Shown here: in pieces, positions 1 through 12,900 of the stretch | Layout of the letters: each line of letters begins with the position of its first letter | Numbering within the stretch: position 1 is the first letter of the stretch | Assembly (NCBI GenBank): GCA_965240325.2 | Contig: OZ251234.1 | Location: 1,612,001 to 1,676,000 of the forward strand | Length of the DNA stretch: 64,000 nt | Direction: 5' to 3' | From: Rebecca billardiae RCC1528 | Taxonomy: Eukaryota; Protista; Haptophyta | Position numbers and translations under genes: made by a program | Notes under the pieces: generated by a model | Database searches by the model: none | What the model was told of the DNA's origin: nothing | What the model saw: only the letters and a program-made list of their open reading frames with translations

Positions 1-418
1 ACGCGTTGATCAGCTTGGCGAGGAGGACGACGGCCACGCCAAGGCCGACGAAGGTCAGCCCTGAGCCCACCGCCTGCCCGAGTGTGAGCACGTTCAGCTG
101 GTCGAACGCGCCGCTCATCACGACGCACACACCGAACGCAAAGCTTGCAAACGAGACCGCGACTGCCTTGTTGTCCTCCTCGACCAGGAGCGCGTCGAGG
201 CTCTTGAGCGGCTTGCCGGCGAAGTCGGGAGTGCGCAGCTGGTAAAGGATCACCAGATGGAGCGAGTACAGGTACTTGCACAGCACGAGCACAATGATGA
301 AGATGCCAAGGAAGATGAGATTGTTCAGACGGAAGACCGTCTGCTCCAACGGCGGCACGCCCCGAAGCTCCTCCAGCCACGCCTGCCAGTCGTGGGCCTC
401 GCCCGCGATGTTACTCAT
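1..418 (-). CDS. DUF350-like multi-pass membrane protein, 3' end runs off the window
   Basis: Manual translation from ATG at 418 stays open to base 1: MSNIAGEAHDW...NNLIFLGIFIIVLVLCKYLYSLHLVILY...LDALLVEEDNKAVAVSFASFAFGVCVVMSGAF...GLTFVGLGVAVVLLAKLINA. Several hydrophobic helices plus an 'LxExDNxAVxxS' motif resembling DUF350. Absent from the ORF track because it lacks a stop in the window. Confidence 0.7.
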   Translation of the reverse strand, partial: MSNIAGEAHDWQAWLEELRGVPPLEQTVFRLNNLIFLGIFIIVLVLCKYLYSLHLVILYQLRTPDFAGKPLKSLDALLVEEDNKAVAVSFASFAFGVCVVMSGAFDQLNVLTLGQAVGSGLTFVGLGVAVVLLAKLINA

Positions 419-862
419 CTCCCGATCCGCGCTGGCCTCGGGCACCACCTGGCGTCGCCCTCGCTGAGCTCCCAGATGGGCCCCTGCACGCAAACAGGCG
501 GGTGGGGTTTGCTCCCAAGAGCAGGCAGCGCACTCGTCATCAGCCGTGAGCCGGCTGCTTGCCGGACGGCTGCAGCTCAATCTTGAGCTGCTGCAGCTGA
601 TGACGAATGAACACCGCCCTTGAATGAACGAACGAGTGATTTGAGATTGTTCGTCAGCTCCCCTGATTGTACACTTTGTATGCACAGTATCGTCATTCGT
701 CAAGCGAATGACCACCGGACGTGAGGACGTCGTCACTCGTAACTCTGAGTCTCACTGCCCACGGAATCAATAGTCTCTGTGTCCGTCGTCTCAGAGCGGG
801 CTGACTCGCGTGAAGCGACTCCAGAATAAGACGCCCATGGCGCGGTATCGCGCTGATCCCCG

Positions 863-1708
863 TCAAGCGCCGCCAGCTCGTGCGTCGTCGCTCAGCACGC
901 GGACGACGAGCTCCGCCCACGACTTGAGGCCGGGCTTGGGCGGGCAGTGGACCTCTCGCACGCCGAGCTCACGCGCGCGCCTGGCGGACGTCTCCCCGAT
1001 GCAGATGGCCGTCACGTCGGTGCCGGCGCAGTCGACCCACGCGTCGACCGCAGAAGGCGAGGCGAACGTGACGAAGTGCGCCGCCGCGGCGAGCTCGCGC
1101 ATCTGCGCCGTCCACTCGGGCGGCTCGGTCGTGTAGACGTCGAGACGCTGCACGTCAAAGCCGCGCGCGCGCAGCCCGCCCGGCACCGTCTCCTCGGCGC
1201 GCGCCGAGGCGGGGTACAGCACCCGCGCATCGGACGGCGGTGCCTGGGGCAGCTCCTCCGCCAGCTTACGCCCCGTCGCCTTGGACGGCTCAAATTCCAC
1301 GGTGAGGCCACCAGCCGTGAGCACCTTGCTCGTGCCGGCGCCGACTGAGGCGATCCGCAGCGCGGGCTGGTCCGCTCGCTGCCAGGCGTCGATGAGCATC
1401 GAGCCCGCCTCGGGCGAAGTGACCAGAACCCACTGCCACGTGCCCCCGGCGAGCACGGAAGGCAGCTCCTCGGCTGCCGGGAGCACACGGTGCTCGATGC
1501 AAGGCAGCTCGATGCATTCGATGCCTTGCTGCGAAAGCTCGGCTCGAAGCGCGCCGTTCTTCTCCTTCTCGCGCGTGAGGTACACCGAGCGCGCGCTCAC
1601 TGGGGCACGCGCGCTCGCGAGCGCGTCAACGACCCTGAGCGAGGAGGATGCCACCCACAGCGCCACGGCCGCGCGCGCGACACGCGTCCGCCAAGCACGC
1701 GATGCCAT
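863..1708 (-). CDS. hemD: Uroporphyrinogen-III synthase, probably plastid-targeted
   Basis: Motifs VYLTRE, IELPCIEH, WVLVTSPEA, ASVGAGT, VLYPASARA, LDVYTT, FASPSAV, AICIGETSA. Start placed at Met109 of the 389-aa ORF (MASRAWRTRVARAAVALWVASS, signal/transit-like). Confidence 0.93.
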   Translation of the reverse strand: MASRAWRTRVARAAVALWVASSSLRVVDALASARAPVSARSVYLTREKEKNGALRAELSQQGIECIELPCIEHRVLPAAEELPSVLAGGTWQWVLVTSPEAGSMLIDAWQRADQPALRIASVGAGTSKVLTAGGLTVEFEPSKATGRKLAEELPQAPPSDARVLYPASARAEETVPGGLRARGFDVQRLDVYTTEPPEWTAQMRELAAAAHFVTFASPSAVDAWVDCAGTDVTAICIGETSARRARELGVREVHCPPKPGLKSWAELVVRVLSDDARAGGA

Positions 1709-2141
1709 CGGAATGACGATGATCAGCACGTGAGGCCACCCGGGCACTCTGCAGCCGGCCGGGCGTGCAGCACTGCCGAGCTCAGCATGGCGGCCGGGGA
1801 CGACTATCGCCCCACGTTCAGCGGAGCCCACGCGCTGTGGTCTCAGCTGACTGCCGGCGTGCTCGACGCTGGCGTCCCAGCTCAGCCGCCACCGCCGGTA
1901 TCTGCGCCCCCGACGCGAGTGCTCTTCCTGCACGCCATTGCCTGTCGATCGACAGGCCGCGTCCGCGCGGCACCAGTGCCGCCACTCGGCGTCCGCCCGG
2001 CATGCGGAGCCGGACCGGCCGGGCACACGCACCTCGAGATGCGCAATCCCACGCTGAGGCGTTTCAGACTCGACAGTGACACTGCATATATATACTTTGC
2101 CTCCCCATTACGCCATCAGTCGTCGTCAAGCATCATCATGA

Positions 2142-5100
2142 TCATCCAAAGCCAAAGATGTCGCCGAGCACCCGGCGCGGCCGGCGGAGCTGGTGGACCA
2201 GCGGCTCGACAAAGACCTCGAGCGCCCACGAGCGCCACGACTCTGGCACCCAGTGCTTGATGATATAATCGACGACCACCTCGATCGTCACCATGCACGG
2301 CTCGACCACACCCACCTTGAAGGCCGTCTCGAACGCCCACGCGAGCATCACCTGCTCGCGCCACACGGTCGGGTCGCGGATGCCGACGCCGCCAAAGAGC
2401 GAGAAGGAGAGGAGGAGCGCGACGAGGGCGAGCATGAGCAGCAGGTTGACCGCCCACGCGAGCCGCCGCTTCCACGGCCTCGGCTTGTTGGCCCACCACT
2501 CGGCGTGCTCCAGCTCGTGCTGCGAGAGTCGCACCTGCTCGTGCACGCGCGCCTCAGTGAGCTCCGCGAGCGGCTGCGCGCCGCCATGCGCTCCGTCGCC
2601 GGCGTCGCGCGCCGGCGGCGCGTCGGCCGCGCGCGCGGAGCGCGGCAGGCGGATCTGGCTGAGGTTGAAGGCCGTCCGTGAGAACGGGAAGCGCGACCTC
2701 ATCGAGCGCTGTGCGCCGTGCGAGGCGAGGTGCGCGCGGTGGTACGCGCCGAGCGCCGAGCGCGTCGCGACGTCCGGCTCGATGACAATGTCTGCCGGCG
2801 TGAGCTCGCGCCCGTCGGAGAAGGGACTGGCGCTGTACACGACGCGCACCATCTTGACCACGGGCTCGCCGCCCGCCTGTCGAACCGCCTCGAACGGCGC
2901 CGCCACGCCGAAGACCTCCTCGATGGCCTCGTGCCGCGCCGGCGGCACACGGTACACGAGCTCAGCCTGCACAAAGCGCACGCCTGGCAGCGCCGCGGCC
3001 ACCTCGTCGTAGCGCGCCTGCTCGGGGTCGGGCTGGGCGATGCGCGCGCTCACAGCGCGCACGAGCGATGCGCGCCGCCTGCGCCCGTTCCTCTCGTCGG
3101 TGCGCAGCCTGGTCGTGCCGCTCGCGAAGAAGCCGACGAGCTGGCCGCTGTCTTGCGGGATCGAGATGAGCGCGTGCTGCGGCATGGTCAGCTCGAACGC
3201 TCCGGACGCGACGCCGATGGCGCTCTTGAAGAGACTCGCTCGCCGGCCGGCTGTCTCGCGCGTGTACGCGCGGCCGAGGTGGTGCGCCGGCGCGTCCCCC
3301 TCGCGGAAGCGCACGACGGCGCTCTCGCTCGCGCCGACGAGCTTGATGCCGTCGGGCCGAACGTACCGGAGGCCCGACTTGCGCGGGGGGCCGCCGCCGT
3401 CGGTGCCGCGCGTCGTCGCCTCTGTGAGCACGCGACCGACGGGGGGCGGTGCCGCCTGGCGCGGCGGCGGCTGCGGCCGCGCGGAGAAGACTGTGACTCC
3501 AATCTCGCCGAGCTGGACGAGCTGCGTGCCGCCGCCGCCGCCGCGGGGGGGATGTTCGCGCGACGCGCGTGCACTGAACTCAGACTCACGGACGCTGCTG
3601 CCGCCGCTGCTGCCGCTCCCACCGCCGCTGGGACCACCGCTGCCACCGCCGGCGTGCGTGCGACCGCCGCTGCCGTCACAGCTCGCTGCATCCCGCGGAC
3701 GAATGCGCGCGGCCGCGACCGCGCCGGTACGCGTGTACCGCGCAGCAGGCCTTGGTGCGAGCGAGGGCGAGCGCTGCGGGCTGCTCCGCTCCGCCACGGG
3801 CGCGTCGAGCAGCCCGCGCCGCTTCAACGCCCACTCCCACAGCTTCTCGAGGAAGAGGGTCTCGAACGGGTAGCCAGCTGCGATGCCGACGCCGGCGGCG
3901 AGCACGAGCTGCGCGGCTCCCTGCACGTCCTCCGTGCCGATGAAGAGCGCGACGACGAAGAGCTCGAGGAGGGTCACGTTGGCGAGCACGGCCAGCCGCT
4001 GCTTGGCGGTGATCGGCTCGCCCGGCAGCCGCGTGAGCCACGCCGTGGCCGTCGAGCGCGTGAGCAGCGCGGCGCCGGCGCGCCACGCGAGCGAGGTCCG
4101 CGCGAGCTGCTTCCATTTGGGCACGAGTGGCTCAGTTTCGACCGACACGTCGACGCTGTACGCGACGAGCAGCAAGATGCCGAAGAGGCCGATCACGATC
4201 GCGACGACCACGACGCCCCAAAAGTTGGTGGCCAGCCGCCGCTCCAGCGCGGTCGCGACGTTCGACGCCGTCGGGTCCTCGACAGTTTCCTCGAACGGGT
4301 TGTTCACGGCGATGTCTCCCTGGCCCTCCTCGGCCGCCAGCGTCGTGATCGCGACGGAGAGAGCCGCAAAGTCGGTCAGGTGGTCGCACGCGCACACCAG
4401 CTCGGCGCCGCTCGCGCTGCTGCTCGCGAGCGCGCGGCAGCCCTCGGTCGACCAGCGCTGCTCCGTCTCGTTCCAGAAGTGGCAGAGCACGAGCTCGTCG
4501 CACGCCGGACCCGCGTAGCGCGCGTCGCACTCGCACACGCCGAGCGTGCTGTTGCACTCGCCGCGCGGCGCGTCGCCCGGCGCGGCGCACTGGGCGTCGG
4601 CCGCGCACGCACCCGCCGCCGCCACCGCGCCCGCACTCGTCGAGAGCGTCGCGAGCGCGCTCTCGTCTCCACGCAGCAGCGGGATCGCAATCTGCACGGG
4701 CTCAGCCAGCCCGCCGATCTCGAGCGCGTCGCGCGAGCGCGCGGCGAGAAGCCGCACGCTGAAGAGCGACGACTGGAGTGCCCGCTGCTCGGCTGCTTCG
4801 TACAGGGCATCGGCGGCGCCGGTCTCGTCGGCGCCGGCGAGCGCGCCCGGGTCGGCGGGCGCGCCGCGCGGGTCGTCGTGCACGTTGCGCTGCAGCAGCA
4901 CGAGCTCGACGTCGACGCCTGCGCCGAGGAGCTCACCGGCAGCCTCGCCGGCCGCCACCGCGCCGCCCCCGCCAGCGCCGCCCGCCTTGACGCCGTCAAA
5001 GACGCGCGGCGGGAGCGTCACGCGCCCGAGGCCGCCCGGGCCGCGCAGCGTGGAGTTGTCGAGCTCAGTCGGCAGCGCGCGCAGCGACGTCAAGTTGACG

Positions 5101-8100
5101 CGCTCACCCAGCAGCTCGCGCGCCGCCTCGCCCGGCAGCACGCCGACGGTGAGCCCACTGACCAGCGCCGTGACAGTGCGCTCGACTGCAGAATTGATCG
5201 CAGCGGTCGCCACAGCCTCATCAGCCGCCGCCACTTCGGCCGCCTCATCGGTGTCGGTGTCGGCGCCGGCGCCGGCACCGCTGTCGACGCCGTCCGTCGT
5301 GCCGTCGTCGTCGCCGCCCCCTGAGCTTGCGTCAGCCGCCCTCAGCACGGCATCGAGCCCGCTGACCGAGTTGGCCCCCGTCGTGGCGTCGAGGCCAGAG
5401 TCGTCACGCGCGCCCTCTGCGATGGTGGCGAGCTGCGAGAGCCCTTCGAGCTGCGCGGCCGAGTCGAGCGCGGCTGAGACGGCGAGCACGGCTGAGAGCG
5501 CGTTCGACGTCTGCGCGCGCCCGCCCTCGTCGAGCGCCGAGCCGTTGGCGGCGGTGGCGGTCACGGCCAGCAGCTCGTTGACGACCGCGCGCGCCTCCGT
5601 CGCGTTGCGCTCGGCAATCGCGTCGACGTCCGCGCCTGCGGCCGCGACGATGAGCTGGAGGGCCGCGTCCGTGTCGCCCGCGTCGAGTGCGTCGGACGCG
5701 GCGCCGATGGTCGCGCGTGTGCTCGCGGCTGTCACGTTCTCGCGCGCGGCGGGCACGACGCGCACGCGCGCGGTGGCGGAGGCCACGCCGTCGAACTGGT
5801 CGAGCACGTCGACCGTCGCGTCCAGCTCGCCCTGCGGCAGCACGACCGAAGCACTCGGGTCGAGCGTCGCGGCGGCGGAGACGAACTGCTGCGTGCCGCC
5901 GCCGTCGGCGCCGGGCGCGAGGGTGCGGTACCCAAACCGGTAGCGCAGCGGCAGGTCCTCCGCGTCGTCGTCGGTCCACGCGGCCGCGCTGAGCGCGATC
6001 GGGCTGAGCGCCTCCACCTCGGAGGGCTCGGCGCGCAGCGAGCCACCGTAAGGCGGGCGGTTGATCTCGACCTCTGCGCTCGCCACCGCCGGCCGCGCGC
6101 CGCCCGTCAGCTCCAGCTGTAGCACGTACTTTGCGCCCGGCGTCAGCACGCCGCTGCGGAAGACGAACGAGGGCCGCGCGTCGCCCGTGGTCGTGACGGC
6201 GGTGGCGTCCGCCACGTCGAGCAGCGAGCCGCCGCGCGCGCGCGCAGGCACGCGCAGCTCGCCGACCAGCTCAAAGGCGCGCCAGCGGTATGCGAAGGAG
6301 AGGTTGCCCGCTGTCTGCACGGTGCGCGCGTCCGCGCTGAGCGCGGCGCCGACGCCGACCGCGCTCTCGGGGAGGCTCCACTCGGCGTTGGACTTGGCGC
6401 GCGCGAGCGCGGGCACGTCCACATTCGGGACGTAGTCGTTGACCACCTCCAACGTCACGCGCGCGCTTGCGCTCCGCCCGTCGGCGCTCGAAACCGTCAG
6501 GCCGACGGCGTACGCACCGACGCCGCCGAGCGCGGCCGGCGTGAGCGCGAGCGTCGGGCCGTCGACGGCCACGCCCGCCGCCGCGGCCACGTTGACGGGC
6601 GCGCCGTCCGCCGCTCGCACTACGGCCCATGCGAATGCGAGGCCCGCGCCCGTGCCCACATTCGGGTCGGTGCTCGCCGAGCCGTCAACGAGAAGCGATG
6701 GCGCCGTCACAGAGAGCTCGCGGTCGCCGCCAGCGATCACCGCGCGCACCGGCTGCGACGCGACGACGAGCTGCACGCTCGCGCGCGCGGCTGCGGACGG
6801 TTCGTCGGCCATGCGCGCCGTCACCTCGAGCGTGTACGTGTACTGCGCAGCCAGCGTGTGGGGCGCGAGCTCGAGGGCAGCGCGCGCGCGTGCGGCGGCG
6901 CCAAAGGGCGGCGGAGGCGTCGGGCCGGCGGCGCCGTCCGTGCGCACCGCTCTCACGACGGCCCACGCAAAGTTGACCACTGTGCCGCGCGTCGCGCTCG
7001 GCCAGCACGCGGCGAGCTGCGCGCTCGCCTGCACGACGTTGGGCGCATCGGGGCGCACGGACACCACCGCGGGCCCGCGGATCGCAACGCTCGGCTCGAG
7101 GCCACCCGCGCGCACGACAACGTGCCGCGCGATCGGCGACGACGCGCCGAGGAAGGAGGTAGTCCGTAGCTCAAACACGTACTGCTCGCCGCCCGGCGGG
7201 AGGGTCACGCTGAGCGTCGGCGAGGAGACGCGCTCGACAGCGACGGAGAGCGCGGCGGCGGCGGCGGCGGTGAGCCCGACCGTCGTGTCGATCGACCACG
7301 CGTACGAGAGCGGCACGATCCCGCCGCCGGCCGAGCCGGTGCTGCGCAGCGTCACGCGCTGGTCGGGGCACGCGGACGCGCGCGTTGGGCCGACGATCGA
7401 CGCGCTCGGCGTCGGGCAGCTGCCGACGCACGCGTCCGCGGGCTCGAGCGGGATGGCGACGCCGCCCGACGCGCACAGAACGTCGGGGCACGGCACGCTG
7501 CTCGCGAGCGGGCGCAGCGCGTCCGCGCGCAGCACCACCTCGTCGCCCGGCGCGATGGCCGTGCGCGCGCTCAGCTGCGCGACGAGCGTGCGGTCGTCCG
7601 CCCAGTAGCAACCGGGCGCGGCCGAGGCGGCGCCGCGGATGCGCGCGACCGTCGCGTCGTCGAGCACGACGGTGCACGGCGCGACGCCGCTCATCCCCGC
7701 GCGGTTGGTCGGCTGCGCGTCGAACTCGATCACGAGCGCCGTCGCCGCGCCGTTGAAGCGCGCGCTCAGCAGCGCGGGCGCGTGGAGGCCCTCTGCGTAC
7801 ACAAACGAGCTGGCCCGCGTGGCCGACGCGCCCGCGGGCTGCGCGAACTGCTGGCCGTTGAGCGCGACCGAGACGACGACCGTCGAGTTGGGCACGCCGT
7901 ACGGCGAGCGCACGCGGATGGCGTCGGCCGAGACCGCGAGCGGCGGCGGCGCCTCCACGTCCCCAAAGCGAACGCGCGCCGCCGCGCCCGCAGCCGCCGC
8001 GCCGGCCGCGGTCAGGTTGGTCGCGTTGAGCAGCCCGCCAAAGCCGCTGCCGCTCACCAGCACCTCGTTGCCGCCGCGCGGGTCGCCCTCGCGCGCCGAG

Positions 8101-9920
8101 ATGGCAAGCACGCTCGGCTGCGCGTAGTAGGCGAACTGGAAGCCGGCGCTCGTCGTCGTGCCCGGCCGGGCGTCTGAAGAGAGGCTGAGCTCAAGCGAGC
8201 GCGTGCTGGCCGACGCGCTTGGCGGCAGCGTGCACGCGGCGCGCGAGAGGGTGGCGCCGGGCACGGCGAGCAGCAGCGTCGCCGGCGCTGCGCACGCGCC
8301 GTCAAGCACGCAGCACAGCCCGTCGGCCGCGAGCTCCCGCCCAAAGCCCGCGCCGGTCAGCGTGACGCGCGTGCCGCCGCCGAGCGGCCCGCCGAGTGGC
8401 GCGACCGAGTCGAGCCGCACCGCAGAGCTGTCGTACAGCGAGATTGCAATCTCGCCGAACGCGTTGAAGACGACGTCGCGCGCGTCGCCGTTGAGCGAGA
8501 GCTGCACCGTGTACCGCGCGCCGGCGACCGCCTCGGACGCCTGGATCTCGCGGCACACGGCGGTCGCGTTGTCGAGCACGGCGGCAGGGCGGCCGAACGG
8601 CTCGGCGCCGCCCTCGCGCGTGTACAGGCACGTGGCCACGCCCGCGCCGAGGTCGACAAAGCCCGCGCCCGTGAGCGTGACTGGCACCGGCGCGGACGCG
8701 AGCGCGGCGGCGGGCACGCTCGAGGCCAGCTCGGCGGTGTACAGCGCGAGCTGGCTGCCGCCCGTCCCGAACGTGACGCCGGTCGGGCTCAGCTCCACGC
8801 CGACGCGCTGCACGGCCGCGCCGCTCGGCAGGCGCAGGAGCGGCAGCGGGCATCGCACCTCGGTGGGCGAGAGCAGAGTGCCCGGCACGAGCGCGCGCCC
8901 GTCGAAGCGGCACGCGAGCCCGCCGAGATCGGCGAAGCCCACGCCGCGCAGCACGACGGAGCGCCCCTCAAGCCCGTCGGGCACGCCCGCCGGCTCAACG
9001 GCCGCGATCACGATGGCGGACGCGTCGAACCAGACGAACGTGCGCGTCGCGACGAGCGCGGCGGGCGACGAGCCGTCGCCCGCGCGCAGCTCGACGGCGA
9101 CCGCGCCCGCGCTGAGCGGCGCCTCGAGCGGCTCGCACTCGACGGCGGCGGGCGTGAGCAAGCGCACGCCCACCTCGAGCAGCGAGCCCGCCGCCGCCGC
9201 CACGCTCGCGTTGGCAGCGTCGGCCGGGTAGAAGGCGCAGCTGAGAACCGCGCGGAACGGGAGCGCCGGCTCGAGCCCGAGCGCGTCGATCGTCACGTTG
9301 GTCGGCGCGCCGACCGCCGCGCCGAGCGGGCGCACACCGAGCAGCTCGGCGGTCGCGAGCGCGGGCGTGGGCGGGCTTGGCGGCGGCGCGGGCGATATGC
9401 GCGGCGGAGGTGGCAGCGTCGGCGGCGGCGTCGGCGGCGGCGACGGGCTCGGCGGCGGGGGCTTCGACGGGGGCGGCGGCGACGGGCTCGGTGGGGGCGG
9501 CGGGTTGGGCGGCGGCGGGCTGCTCGGCGGCGACGGCGGGCTCGGCGGAGGCGAGCTGAACTCGCAGCTGCCGTCGTCAAACGTTGCGCTCGAGTCGTAG
9601 TTCAGACCCGCCTCGTCCGTGCAGCCGGCGAAGACGCGCGTGGGCCGCTGGGTGAGCTCCAGCCCAAGCGCAGCCTGCAGCTCAGCGAGCGTGCGGTTGG
9701 CGAGCGAGACCTCGACGTCGAGCATCGGGCCGTCTGCCTCGCGCTGGTAGATCTCGACGGTGAGCAGCACGGAGCCGCCGCTCAGCCCGACGACGCGCAT
9801 CTGCTCGGACGGGATGCCCGTCAGCGCCTCCATCCCGGCGAGGATCTCGCCGATCGCCTCGGGCGTGAGCTCGGACACGACGCCGTCGACGGGCACGGAG
9901 AGAAGCGTGAGCGAGCCCGG

Positions 9921-9953
<33 letters not shown>

Positions 9954-12900
9954 CGGCAGCAGAGGCGGGGGTGACGGCGGACGCGGCGGCGGGTACGGCT
10001 CTGTGCGCGGCGGCGGCGGTGGTGACGGAGGTGGCAGCGGCGACGGCGGCGGCGACGGCGGCGGCGGTGGTGGCGACGGCGACGGCGGCGGCGGGCGCGG
10101 CGGCGGGCGCGGCGGTGCGCTCGGCGGGGGCAAGGGCGGCGGCGAGGGCGGAGGCCGGGGCGGCGGCGGCGGCAGCGGCAATGTGCGCGGTGGCGGCGGA
10201 GGGCTCGGCGGTGGCATCGGCGGCGAAGCCGGCGGCGGCGACGGCGGTGGGGACGGTGGCGTCGACGGCGGCAGCGGGCTTGGTGGCGGTGCCGGCGGCG
10301 GCGATGGCGGGGGCCGTGGTGGCGCGGCCGGCGGCGGCCGGCTCGGAGGCGGGCGGGGCGGGGCGGCCGGTGGCGGGCTCGGCGGTGGGCTGGGGGGCCG
10401 GCCGGGGCCCGGGCTTGGCGGCGGGCTTGGTGGCGGACTCGGCGGCGGGGTCGGCGGCGGGCTCGGCGGCGGTCTTGGTGGCGGACTCGGCGGTGGCGAG
10501 GCCGGCGGCGGGCTTGGCGGTGGGCTCGGTGGCGCGCTCGGCAGCGGGCTCGGCGGCGGGCTCGGTGGTGGGTGTGGCGGCGCGCTCGGCGGTGGCGGAG
10601 TCGGTGGTGGGCTCGGCGGCGGGTTTGGTGGCGGGCTTGGCGGTGGCGGGGTCGGCGGCGGGCTTGGCGGCGGGCTCGGTGGCGCGCTCGGCGGCGGGCT
10701 TGGCGGCGGGCTCGGTGGTGGGTGTGGCGGCGCGCTCGGCGGTGGCGGAGTTGGTGGTGGGCTCGGCGGCGGGTTTGGTGGCGGGCTTGGCGGTGGCGGG
10801 GTCGGCGGCGGGCTTGGCGGCGGGCTCGGCGGCAGGCTCGGCGGCGGGCTTGGCGGCGGGCTCGGTGGTGGGTTCGGCGGAACGCTCGGCGGTGGCGGAG
10901 TCGGTGGTGGGCTCGGCGGCGGGTTTGGTGGCGGGCTTGGCGGTGGCGGGGTCGGCGGCGGGCTTGGCGGCAGGCTCGGTGGCGCGCTTGGCGGCGGGCT
11001 TGGCGGCGGGCTCGGTGGTGGGTTCGGCGGCGCGCTCGGCGGTGGCGGAGTCGGTGGTGGGCTCGGCGGCGGGTTTGGTGGCGGGCTTGGCGGTGGCGGG
11101 GTCGGCGGCGGGCTTGGCGGCGGGCTCGGCGGCAGGCTCGGCGGCGGGCTCGGCGGCGGGCTCGGCGGCGGGCTCGGCGGCAGGCCCGGTGGTGGGCTGG
11201 GGGGGGGACTCGGCGGCGGCGTCGGCGGCACGTTAGGTGGCGGTCTCGGTGGTAGGCTCGGCGGCAGCGGGCTTGGCGGCGGGCTCGGCGGTGGGCTTGG
11301 CGGCGGGCTCGGCGGTGGTGGGCTCGGCGGCAGGCTCGGCGGCGGGCTTGGCGGCGCGCTTGGTGGCGGCGGGTTGGGAGGCGGGCTCGGTGGGGGGCTC
11401 GGTGGTAGGCTCGGCGGCAGCGGGCTTGGCGGCGGGCTCGGCGGTGGGCTTGGCGGCGGGCTCGGCGGTGGTGGGCTCGGCGGCAGGCTCGGCGGCGGGC
11501 TTGGCGGCGCGCTTGGTGGCGGCGGGTTGGGAGGCGGGCTCGGTGGGGGGCTCGGCGGCGGGCTCGGCGGCGGTGGGCTTGGCGGCGGGCTCGGCGGTGG
11601 GCTTGGCGGCGGGCTCGGCGGCGGCGGACTTGGCGGTGGGCTCGGCCACGGCGGGGGTGGAGCGGGCGGCGGGCTCGGCGGCGGGCTAGGTGGCGGGCTG
11701 GGCGGTGGCGAGGGTGGCGGGCTCGGCGGCGACGATGGCGGCGGCGGCGATGGCGGTGGCGACGGAGGCGGTGGAGCCGGCGGCGGCGGACTTGGCGGTG
11801 GGCTCGGCCGCGGCGGTGGTGGAGCCGGCGGCTGGCTCGGCGGCGGCGGCGGTGGAGCCGGCGGCGGCGGACTTGGCGGTGGGCTCGGCCGCGGCGGTGG
11901 TGGAGCCGGCGGCGGAGCGGGCGGCGGGCTAGGTGGCGGGCTGGGCGGTGGCGAGGGTGGTGGGCTCGGCGGCGACGATGGCGGCGGCGGCGATGGCGGT
12001 GGCGACGGAGGCGGTGGAGCCGGCGGCGGCGGACTTGGCGGTGGGCTCGGCCGCGGCGGTGGTGGAGCCGGCGGCTGGCTCGGCGGCGGCGGCGGTGGAG
12101 CCGGCGACGGCGGACTTGGCGGTGGGCTCGGCCGCGGCGGGGGTGGAGCCGGCGGCTGGCTCGGCGGCGGCGGCGGTGGAGCCGGCGGCGGCGGACTTGG
12201 CGGTGGGCTCGGCCGCGGCGGGGGTGGAGCCGGCGGCTGGCTCGGCGGCGGCGGCGGCGAAGGAGGCGGCGGGAACGGCGTCGGCGGTGGTGGGCTCGGC
12301 GGCGGGCTCGGTGGTGGTGGGCTCGGCGGCGGGTTGGGCGGTGGCGGCCGCGGCGGGGGTGAAGCCGGCGGCTGGCTCGGCGGCGGCGGCGGCGAAGGAG
12401 GCGGCGGGCTCGGCGGCGGGCTTGGCGACGGCGGGGGCGAGGGTTCTGGTAGGCCGTCAAGCGAGATCACGTACGCCTCTCCTCGACTGGTGTATCCCAT
12501 GAACGCGCCCACGAGCAGCTCCGGGGAGCCGTCTCCCGAGAGGTCACCGAGCGCAGCGACGCCGTGCCCAAAATTGTCTGAGACAGAGACGTCGGCGCTG
12601 AGGCTCGGGGTCTCGTGACCGATCTTGCGCTGCGAGCGCACAGTGCCGTCACGCTGCATGTACAGCACGTACACGGCTGAGGAGACGCTGGTGCTTGCCT
12701 CGCCGACGAGCGCGTCCGGAATCCCGTCGGCGTCTAGATCTCCTGCACCCGCACAGCCCATGCCAAACCAGCCATCAGCAAGCTCGTTGAGAACAATCCC
12801 GCCTCCCTCGCGCGAGAGCCTCGCGTAAGACTTCACCGTCCCGGTGCGATTCAGGAAGAGCACGTACGCTGCACCGCGACGAGACTCGCCTATGCTGGAG

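Noticed and set aside
9760-12618. 952-aa Gly-rich + strand ORF and Arg-rich alternate frames
   Set aside because: Antisense or frame shadows of the Pro-codon repeats; no independent evidence.
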